Assembly (NCBI GenBank): GCA_963693365.1
Contig: CAVNZM010000002.1
Coordinates: 4,666,259-4,730,258 of the forward strand
Direction of reading: 5' to 3'
Length of the DNA: 64,000 nucleotides
Origin: Amoebidium appalachense
Lineage: Eukaryota; Protista; Ichthyosporea
Each line of letters starts with the position of its first letter. Positions within the stretch are counted from its first letter, which is position 1. The notes below the pieces were generated by a model. It searched no databases and was not told the DNA's origin. It saw only the letters and a list, made by a program, of their open reading frames with translations. The translations under genes were made by a program, and so were the position numbers. Shown here in pieces: positions 29,510 to 38,746 of the stretch.

Positions 29510-31162
29510 ATGGGTGTGCAGGGCTTGCTCCCAGCACTCGGCATTAGTGCCGAAAAAGCCACAGATGTTACTGCAGAGTTGCAACGTGGGGTAGTTGCTT
29601 TTGACATGATGGTGCAGGTCCACAAGTCCTTTTCAGTTTTCGCTGACACAGTAGCCAAACAGCAAATAGATGACAAAAAAGTCACAGACGACACATATGC
29701 AGCTATTGCAAATCACTTTATGTCCAAAGTTAATACGTATAGGCTAGCAGGGGTCCAGCCACACTATGTGTTTGATGGGCGCAGATTGAAAGAGGGAAAA
29801 CTAGTTGATAACGACCGTGCAGAAAAGGTGGTCAAAGCCCGCCAAGAAATAGCCACAAAAAGAGAGAAACAGGAGGAGGTAACTAAAAACAAATGGAGAA
29901 GCGCTGCAGAGTTAGATAACAGAGTTTTACATGCAATCATCCTTAGACTGAAAGATGAGAATGTCGATTACACAGTAGCTCCATACGAAGCAGACCCCCA
30001 GCTTGCCTATATGGCACGTACCGGTTTGGCACACACTGTTGTCACTGAGGATGCCGACCTTCTTCTGTATAACATCCCGCGGGTTGTATACAAACTGCGC
30101 ATTGCGGATGCGGCGGTCATCCCTGGGACCGCTAATGCGGTGCACATTCCCAAACTGTACGGAGTGATTGTAACCCCCGCCGATGTTTTTACCAGAAGCA
30201 CGAAGTACAACTTCGACGGATGGGATATAGAAATACTGCGTTATTTTGCTATTGTGAATGGCTGTGATTATGTGAAAAAGCTCAGGGGAATCGGCATGGG
30301 CACTTTGCACGCAGCTGTAAGTGAGGCGTGCCGGGCCTGGGGACGCGAGGGAAGGCCGGTAGCTGCGGGGGTTGTGTTCACAGATCTGCTCCAGCATATA
30401 CAACGGGTCAGAAAGGGGAAAAGAGGGAAGGAAAAGCCCGTTAAAAGCACAGAAAACAAGCAGGGTGGGGACGAACGGGCAGGAAGAGTCGAAATCGGAC
30501 GGAAAGGAGGTGAAGCAGTGGAGGAAGAGGTTGAGTGGTGGGATCTTGAATACGAACATGGAACGTATGAAAACGGGGCTGTAGAGGAGGAGGGGGAGGA
30601 AGAGGAGGAGAATGGAGAGATGGACGTGGAGGAGGAAGGGGTGCAGGGGGAAGTACCAGATGATTATGTTGGGGCATGCGTGAAGGCAAACATTATTTTT
30701 TTGCACCAGCCAATCACGTACAGGCACCCAAATACACGAGCTTGGGTGGTGGACTATTTGACGCCCATTCCCCGCGGCTCCCAGTCGGTATCGCCACGGC
30801 GTTTGCGTGCTTACAGATTTATCGAAGGGGCCCTTGAAAAAATTTTACGTTTGGATCAACATGGTCAAGGTGGGGTGCACAAACACGTCACCGGACGGGT
30901 TGATAGACACACAGGTGAGAAAATTCTCGATGAAGATGGCTTGCGGGCGGAAGAACTGAAAGCAAAAAACAAATCTTTGATGCAGGAAATTAACAATATG
31001 GCAGGGGGGGAAATTTGGGATTACAATCCTGCTGATCAGCAGAAGGAAATGCCCGTTTGTGACCGGCAGGTTTTGGAAGACTATTTCGTGCACAAAAAGG
31101 TTACGATGAAGGTGGGAGGGGGGACGGTCAAGTTGTGGCTCGGAACAACCCACAAGCGATAA
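29510..31162 (+). CDS. Exo1-like XPG/FEN1-family 5'-3' nuclease, intronless, transposon-borne
   Basis: MGVQGLL start; VAFD, YVFDG, VAPYEADPQLAY, VTEDADLL, GCDY..LRGIG (H3TH) and Exo1-type VPDDY..KANIIFLHQ. All seven catalytic acidic positions are present. There is an acidic/charged insertion after the H3TH motif. Confidence 0.92.
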   Translation: MGVQGLLPALGISAEKATDVTAELQRGVVAFDMMVQVHKSFSVFADTVAKQQIDDKKVTDDTYAAIANHFMSKVNTYRLAGVQPHYVFDGRRLKEGKLVDNDRAEKVVKARQEIATKREKQEEVTKNKWRSAAELDNRVLHAIILRLKDENVDYTVAPYEADPQLAYMARTGLAHTVVTEDADLLLYNIPRVVYKLRIADAAVIPGTANAVHIPKLYGVIVTPADVFTRSTKYNFDGWDIEILRYFAIVNGCDYVKKLRGIGMGTLHAAVSEACRAWGREGRPVAAGVVFTDLLQHIQRVRKGKRGKEKPVKSTENKQGGDERAGRVEIGRKGGEAVEEEVEWWDLEYEHGTYENGAVEEEGEEEEENGEMDVEEEGVQGEVPDDYVGACVKANIIFLHQPITYRHPNTRAWVVDYLTPIPRGSQSVSPRRLRAYRFIEGALEKILRLDQHGQGGVHKHVTGRVDRHTGEKILDEDGLRAEELKAKNKSLMQEINNMAGGEIWDYNPADQQKEMPVCDRQVLEDYFVHKKVTMKVGGGTVKLWLGTTHKR

Positions 31163-31890
31163 AGCGGGGACACGCCCGCGCATACATACACGATGCAACC
31201 ACACTTGGCTTTTGCTATCCAAAACATGATCTTCCGGAGGGCTGTGAGGAGGGTGACTGCCATTTCTGGTGGCGGGGTATGGTGCAACGCTCGTTTCGGA
31301 AGGGGTTCTTTTTCTGTGTTGTTAAATTCATTGTGGGGAAAGATAACAAAGTGAAAGAGATAGTGGAGGTAAAATGTGTGTGTACTATTGGTCCCAGTGC
31401 TGGTTGCTCGCATGGTAGTTGTCTGGTTTGGTCACTAATTGCCATGAAAGAGATATGGCAGTTTACTGAGGGCATATGTACGGCCAAAAAATGTGAATGG
31501 AAAGTACCAAAGGGAGAAGCAAAACCTGAGCTCTTAATGAAACCTGCACGTGTGTTGGTGCAAGAGTACAGAACTGCAGACGTGGTGAAAACTAAAAGGG
31601 CACGTAATGATGAGGGTGAAGAGGTTATAGAGATGCAATATGTAGATGGTACGAAAAAGAGGCGGATAGTAGGACCAAGTGTAGAAGAATTGGCCCAATC
31701 ATACAAGCCTGACCTTGTAGGGCTCCGTGCATTTGTACAGCAAATAGACCCTACTAGTACTGGACACAAGTATAGTTTTACCTGGAATGAAAAGTTTATG
31801 ATGCAAATGTATCCATCATACAGGGCAGAAAACCACAAAAAGTGGAAGAAGAAGAAGAAGAACACGAACACTGAAAATGCAACTGAATGA
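31063..31890 (+). CDS. SWIM zinc-finger region; probable frameshifted C-terminal continuation of the Exo1-like ORF
   Basis: The -1 frame is open from 31063 and overlaps the Exo1 ORF. It encodes KCVCTIGPSAGCSHGSCLVW (CxC-x7-CxH) followed by ICTAKKCEWKVP, resembling the accessory ORF of THAP-type DNA transposons. One extra A in the A5 run at 31094-31098 would fuse the two ORFs into ~793 aa. Confidence 0.75.
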   Translation, partial: PAGFGRLFRAQKGYDEGGRGDGQVVARNNPQAIKRGHARAYIHDATTLGFCYPKHDLPEGCEEGDCHFWWRGMVQRSFRKGFFFCVVKFIVGKDNKVKEIVEVKCVCTIGPSAGCSHGSCLVWSLIAMKEIWQFTEGICTAKKCEWKVPKGEAKPELLMKPARVLVQEYRTADVVKTKRARNDEGEEVIEMQYVDGTKKRRIVGPSVEELAQSYKPDLVGLRAFVQQIDPTSTGHKYSFTWNEKFMMQMYPSYRAENHKKWKKKKKNTNTENATE

Positions 31891-31907
31891 TTCTGTTTTC
31901 CTTCCTT

Positions 31908-31938
<31 letters not shown>

Positions 31939-32247
31939 GTTTACGTTATCTTTCATAATGTGTGTGTGTGTGTGTGTGGGGGGGGGGGGTTAGTAATCTT
32001 CTGACCGATCTAGTGAACCTATAATGAATGAATGAAGACCGTGTGTCAAATCTGAGAGCAATGTACCAGACCCTGGTGCCTGCATATGTTTCCTACCCCC
32101 CCCCCCCCCACCCCCCCCCCCGGTCCCTCCTCCCCCCTTGGTGTTTGCATACGTGCCTACCTGCCCCCCCCCCCCCCCCCTCCCCCCCCCCCCACACGTG
32201 TGTGTGTGTGGGGGGGGGGCGTGCATGCGTGCGTGTGTGCAAATCCG

Positions 32248-32338
<91 letters not shown>

Positions 32339-32523
32339 TTCCGTGTGTGCGTGGTTGTGTGTGTGTGTGAAGGGGGGGGAGGGGGGGGGGGGGGGAGAAC
32401 GACTCAAGGTTGTACTTGGCACACAAATACATAATAATTTCAATTATTATTATTATTTTCCTATACAGGAAAAGTGGAGCCCTACTGGCCGAATACATAC
32501 ATGCAAGCATTCATTCATATTTT

Positions 32524-32603
<80 letters not shown>

Positions 32604-32646
32604 CAGAGAAGGGGGCTTTAGGGAGAGGCAATCGAAAACGAAAATT

Positions 32647-32967
32647 CTACACCATGCTTTTGGTGTGCCTGGGCCCCACCATATCCTTATATAGTGGCTC
32701 TTGCATGTTACACAAGAAAGCCACAGCCTTAGCTACCATCCAATGGGTGCCTACCATCGACATCTGCACCTGATTGCTAAACAGCTGTTTCCGCTCATAC
32801 TTTGTTTGCTCCTGCCTGCCTATAGCATTTAACCAAGCATGCCTCCTAGCCAATACATTTGGTTTGCATCCATATGGAACAGTAAAAAGCTTTATCTTCC
32901 TGGTAGGATCTTTGGGAGAGACTGTTTCTTCGTCATTTTTGCAGTAGTTAGCCGCGCAAGTTAGCAT
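32647..32967 (-). pseudogene. THAP-domain ORF; probable N-terminal remnant of the element's transposase
   Basis: MLTCAANYCKN...KLFTVP...RRHAWLNAIGR matches THAP (C-x4-C, F-x-x-P, R-x-x-W). The final C-x-x-H appears as GTHW or is lost. No DDE core is seen downstream, only simple repeats. Confidence 0.65.
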
Positions 32968-33735
32968 TGTGAGTGCCTATCATATATATTTAGAAAACAA
33001 CCCGCCTTCATGAAAAATGTGCAGCGCAGTTTTGTCCGGACACGTGTGTGGCATGCCGTGTGTACATGGTATAGCTCGGCCACACGATCTTAGGTGCCCA
33101 ATAGGCAGATCAAGCCCACTCAATCCAGATAGATATCGATCTGAGCGGCGCCAGAAAGTATTCGAGCCGCGCGATCCCGTATCCCTTAATGGAATGCATT
33201 GAATTTAAAGCGATCGATATATCCGTTTTAAGCTCCGGCACTGGATCACAATATCATACTGTGCAGCATTAATAAGGTGATCTAGGATAGTCATCTTAAA
33301 ACGGATATATTGAGGAAGAGAGGAAGAAAAGAGAATAAAACCGCCAATAACCTCCGGTTCTAATACATTAGCTAACAGGTTGCATTTATTGATAGATATG
33401 CAGCCGCGAGTAAACCGCCCCCCACACATATTACACATTGGATGCAGAAAAAAAAGTCACTCTACTTCAATTGGTTGTAACATTCATTTCTTTCCCAAAA
33501 TCTGTACATGACCTACGGTCTCATGTACCTTCAAGATATTTAATGAAACTTTAATGAACCCTAAAAATCCATTTTATTCGCTTTTAAAAAGACATAGTTG
33601 CCGCTTTCAAGACGAGGTTCCCTCAGCTACAGAGAGGAAGAAGAAAGTGCTGGTGATACAGTGTACCACTGTCACACTGTATCTAAACATCGCAAGCACA
33701 CCTGCTTAAACCATATTTCACCGTTAAGCTAGAAA

Positions 33736-36138
33736 ATGGGTAAGGCCACCCCGGCGGGCAAAAAGCCCACGGCCAAGCCTCCAAAGGCGAAGGCCTCTCA
33801 GGCAGCAAGCGAAAGCAGCGCGGGCCTGTCTTCTTGGGTGCTCCTGGGCGTGGTTGTGGCCCTAGCCGTCGCTGGAGGCGCGGGTCTTTTGGATGACTAC
33901 CTGCCCAAGTCCCTGCAGAGCATGCTGCAGAATAGGTACGTGTGGTTGGTGATGGTGGCGAGGGAAGGGGTGGCGTGTGTGTGGTTGTACTGTGGCAGAC
34001 GCACCCCCGGACATGCAGATACACCGAAGCCGCTAACCCGATCCCGTAGGCACAGGCACAGCCACATGCACACGCACGCCCACGCTTTAACAAAGAAGGA
34101 CATGCACGCACAGGCGCAGGGATACACACAGAAGCGAGCGCAAGGACACATGCACACATGCAAACACACACACACACTCACAGACTCCAACACAAACCCA
34201 TAGATCCACAAAACACTTGCCCTCCTGAACCCTCCCTGTTGGCATCCCTGTCCCTCACGTGTTTGCGCCTCCGACGTTTCTTAAAAAGCCAGTCTTAGCG
34301 TTGGCTTGCTCATCTCACGATCCTGGCATGCCTTTATACTTGCGCTGAATCAAAAACCTGATCTTCTACCTTATCTTTCCCAACACACCCCAGTGCTGCC
34401 AAAGTTGAAGTCGAGAGTGAGCCAGCAACGGCAGTGGTTGTCGAGCCCACGTTCGGCGGTGTGCCCCAGAGTGCCGATCTCTCTGCATGCCAAGAAGTGG
34501 ACCGGTTTGTTGTGGATGACCACAGGGAGAAGGGCCTGCATGCCGTGTGCATGGTGACTAGCGGTGACCAGCTGTATGTGACTGTGAAGAAGGATTTGAA
34601 CGCTAATCGCCCCGTCAACTTCACTATTCCAAAGGCGGCAAATACACAGCAGTTGCGTTGGGCGTTTGATGAGCTGGTGGGTGTGCGAATGTGTTCGTGT
34701 ATATATGTGTGTAGGGAGGGTTGTGTGATGTTGGGTGTGTGGGTGGGTGACTGGGGGGGGGGGGGGGGGGAGGGGGGGGGGGGGGGGGGGTAGGGTGTTA
34801 GTGTCTGCCCATGTTTGTGTGTGTGTGCTGTGGGGGGAGAGGGGAAAAGTGAGGTAAGGTGTTGATAGCTTGTTTGCACGTAGGAAGGGCGAGGGGGGGG
34901 GGGGGGGGGGGGGGGGGGCGCGACGTTGAGTAGGGCGGGAAGAGGGAGAGGGAGAGGGTAAGAGGGTGTATAGTCTGCTTGCGAGTATGGGAGTTGGGAA
35001 ATTCAGAGGGTTTCATGTGCTTGTGTCTATGTTTCGCCAGCGGCCAGGGGGGAGTTGGGGGGGGGGCCGGGGGAGGGGATGGGGGAGGGAGAAGAGCGGA
35101 GCTAGGGGGAGGTGGGTGTTGCCTCCCTCCTTCCTCCCTCCTTCCTTCTTTTCTGTTATGGTGTGTGCATGTTTGAGGGCTCTAATGTTTGCTTAGCTAT
35201 CAGGTCGATTTTGTGTGTGTGTGTGTGTGTGCGTGTGTGTGTGTGTGTGTGTGTGAGTGAGTGAGTGTGTGTGTGTGCTTGTGTGTAACGGCATGTGAGA
35301 GAGGGGGAGGGGGGAGGGGGGGGTCCCGTACCCTTCGTTCCGACACACATAATCCGCGGTGGTCTTGCACACGATCTCCTTCAGCCCTCCCCTCCCTCCT
35401 TCCTCCCACATGGCGGTCAACTCATGAAGTGCATCAAGTTTCCTGTGTGATCTATTTGCACAATCTGCATAGTGTTGTCCATCATGTGGTTGTGTACTTG
35501 ATACTCTGCAACACATCTCCCCCCCCCCCCCCCCCCCCCCCCGCCGCCGGGCCCCGCCCCTTTCCCCTCCCCCTGGCCATTGCGTAGGCAGGTCTTTTCC
35601 GAATGCAGACCTCCATAGCACTCTCAACTTCCCCTTTTCATTCTTTTCTATTTGATCCTTTTCTAAGCTAATATCTGTTGTACACAGGCCGAAATACTCA
35701 CCGTGACGCAAGCAGGTGCAACCACCCACACACTCGTTCACCGGCCCACTTGAATGCACAACATCCTCCTCTACACACACATCACACCGTCGCACATGAT
35801 TGCTCACATCAGCTCTTGTCTGGACCTTCTTAGGGTTTCTCCTTGTTCTGTCTGAGCTTTTTATTTCCATGGTGTACCTTTTCCGGTTTTCTCCATGATC
35901 TGATGCAATCCATCCCCCCCCCCTCCCCCTCTCCCCACACGCAAACACGTACACCCACCCATCCACCCACATAGACACGTACACACGCCCACACCGACAC
36001 TCACACACATGCTTACACGCACACATATGTATGCACACATGGACACAAGCACACATGCATGCACTCACGCCCAAGCACACACGCACACATGCACCCACGC
36101 ACCCACACCCACCCACACGTGCACACACACACATACAT

Positions 36139-36212
<74 letters not shown>

Positions 36213-37121
36213 GCGCACACACGCACAGGTGATTGACCGCAAGCCCGAGACCGAGATTGCCAAAAAGTACCAACCGGCCTGGCAAATCTTCACCACGGAC
36301 GGCAAGAAACTCACTGCTGCATCTGATTGGAGGAGTGTCCACTCTCTGTTCTTGTTCGAGGGCGGTGTGTGGATCTACCCGGCCGTGAGGGTTGGGTTCA
36401 AGCAGTATGTCAAGTTGGATATCGGGAATATCACCATCACCACCAAGAGTATATCTCCCGTGGTGGTGGAGGTGTCCCGGCTGCTGCAGGACTTTGAAAT
36501 GGAGCACGTGATCAACCGCGCCGCCCCGCAAATGGCTCAGAGCGGGGTGCTACCAAATGAGGGTGGGTCTCGTGTATCCATATTTGGTTATGTCGAGATT
36601 AAGGAGGGATATAAAGCAAATCCTGCATGGTTTCATAATTAGATCGTTTGAATATAGTTGTAGGGTGGAACTGGCCACTGAGAGCATACAGGCAAATCAA
36701 AGCACTGACATGATTATTTATCATCCTGCTAGTGGTGTTATACAAAACAACCAATCAAATCACTAGGATAAAATCGCAACACATAACTGGGCACTCAAGA
36801 CATGCGGGCAAACCAAAGCACCGAGGCATGAGTTTCTATCCCCCTGCCAGTGTTACTCACAATCCAGTCAATCACACCAACGGGATAAAATTTTAACGTG
36901 AAACTGGCCACTCAGGGCATGCGGGTAAGGATGCCAAGGAGTGGCGCACGAGCAGCAACACGTGGCTGGGCCCAGACAAGGTGGTGTCTGTGATTGACGA
37001 CCGTGTGGCAGAGCTCACACATATCCCAAGGTCCCACCAGGAATACGTGCAGGTGCGTGCAGTTTTTCTTGTGTGTTTATGATATGGGGGGGAGGGGGGA
37101 ATGGAGGGTGGGTGGGTTGGC

Positions 37122-37160
<39 letters not shown>

Positions 37161-37596
37161 GGGTGGGGGAGGGGGGGTGGTGGGGGGGGGTGCGCAATGG
37201 TAATTGTTTTTTTATATTTTATCTTGGGAACGGGGCCAGGGATGCATGGGTGGACGGAGGTGTAGACACGTGTGTCATGTGTGTGTGTGTGTGCGTGTGT
37301 GTGTCTGCCTATCTTTGGGTATGTTGGTGTGTGTGTGTGTGTGTGTTTGTGTGGTGGTGGTGGTGGTGGGGGGGGGGGTGGGGGTGGTGGTGGTGGGGGG
37401 GGGGGGGGGGGGGGGGGGGGGGAACGATGGTGGTGGGGGTGGGGCGGGGAGGGGAGGGGGGAGGAATGGGGGTAAGGGGGTTGGGGGGGGGGGGGGGGGT
37501 GAGGAGGTTGGTGAGCATGTTCGTTGACGGGAAGGAAGGAGGAGTCAGACATTTTAGTTTATTGGTAGGTGTCAGGCTGGCATTTTGGCCAGTGCC

Positions 37597-37627
<31 letters not shown>

Positions 37628-38110
37628 AAAGAAAAGAAATGATATTAAATGCACCGCCACAACCAACATCACCACCATAACCTTACACGTTTTTTCAATC
37701 CATGCCAGGTTCTCCGCTATGAGTACGGGCAGCAGTACGTTGCACACCACGATTACTTCGACCTGCAGTGGCTGGACAAAGAGACGGTCAAGACGCAGGG
37801 CTGGGAGGAGAAACTGAGCCATGGCTACGCAAACCGCCTGGCAACCGTCTTCTGGTACATGTCGGACGTAGAGGAGGGGGGGGAGACGTGGTTTGCGCAA
37901 ACGGAGGAGGAAGCACGTGCGCCACACCCCGAGATGCAGTGCAAGAAAGAGTTGCTGGTGAAGCCGATTAGGGGCGGTGCGATTATTTTCTATTCTATGC
38001 TGCCCAATGGCGAGACGGATATCATGTCAAAGCATGCTGGGTGCCCGGTGAAGAAGGGGGTGAAGCATGCGGCCAACAAGTGGGTGTGGAGCAAGCCGTT
38101 CCACATGTAG
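33736..38110 (+). CDS. Prolyl 4-hydroxylase alpha-type 2OG-Fe(II) oxygenase with N-terminal TM anchor, 5 exons
   Basis: Exons 33736-33935, 34394-34676, 36229-36562, 36916-37052, 37709-38110. Motifs RTSSNTWL, QVLRYEYGQQYVAHHDYF (HxD), NRLATVFWYMSDVEEGGETWF, KHAGCPVKKGVKHAANKW. Confidence 0.93.
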
Positions 38111-38746
38111 GGGGGGTTAGCGGCGGTTGTTGCCTCAGCGAGTCTCTCTCGCTTCCTTTTTTCGTTTTCTGTTTCTTCTGTGTATTGTAGTGCGATACTC
38201 ATTTATCTTTCATGTTAAAAATTTAAGAAATACCTCACAGTTAACCTTGCACTACAGGTGCTGTAGGCCCAACTTCGGCATCACTTTAATGCTGTGCTTT
38301 GTTTGCCTAGCTATGATAATGACAAATAGGAAAGTAAATCCAATGTGATCCCATTGACAATTGTTTATAATCGAGATGCCGCAAGTGCGAAGAAGACTGT
38401 GCTGACTCTGGTTCATTGTACTTTGCAGCCGTGACATGGCAGTGCCATACGTTTTCAATAATGCACACAGTACACATACTGACGACTCGGTCTGCACTGA
38501 TCTTTGACTGCATGCCGTGTAGTTGTTGTACTTGTTTATGAGCAGCCTGGCTGGTACCAGGCGGCTAGCAAAACAGTGCATCATTGCATGGAGCGCCAAA
38601 GAAGGAGGGGACGGGCGGGGTCAAGGGAATAGTTGGCATAGGAGGAAATGGTGGGCGAGGAGGGGGGAGACGGGGCACAGTGGGGGGCGGATAGCGGGGT
38701 GGAGGGGTAGGAACTCAAACAATCGCCAAATATCAGGGCTATATAT

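Larger units (their letters stand above)
29313..33185. mobile_element. Kolobok-like DNA transposon (non-autonomous copy) carrying an Exo1/XPG-SWIM gene and a truncated THAP ORF
   Basis: Perfect 14-bp TIRs GGGATACGGGATCG (29313-29326) / CGATCCCGTATCCC (33172-33185), flanked by TTAA on both sides (29309-29312, 33186-33189). A second 14-bp subterminal inverted repeat CTTTCTGGCGCCGC lies at 29351-29364 / 33145-33158. Two convergent ORFs inside. TTAA TSD, purine-purine terminus and THAP fit Kolobok. Confidence 0.85.

Noticed and set aside
29510-31162. Ordinary host EXO1 gene
   Set aside because: It is intronless in an intron-rich genome, enclosed by TIRs and TSDs, and followed by a SWIM module that cellular Exo1 lacks. 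No gene symbol assigned.
29927-31871. Long antisense ORFs (266 aa, 218 aa) over the nuclease gene
   Set aside because: Shadow frames of the purine-rich coding strand with no motifs.
31990-32080. Possible second exon for the THAP ORF
   Set aside because: No frame supplies the THAP C-x-x-H motif or any transposase-like sequence.
29313-33185. piggyBac assignment based on the TTAA TSD
   Set aside because: piggyBac ends begin CCY. These begin GGG, and the element carries THAP and SWIM rather than piggyBac transposase motifs.
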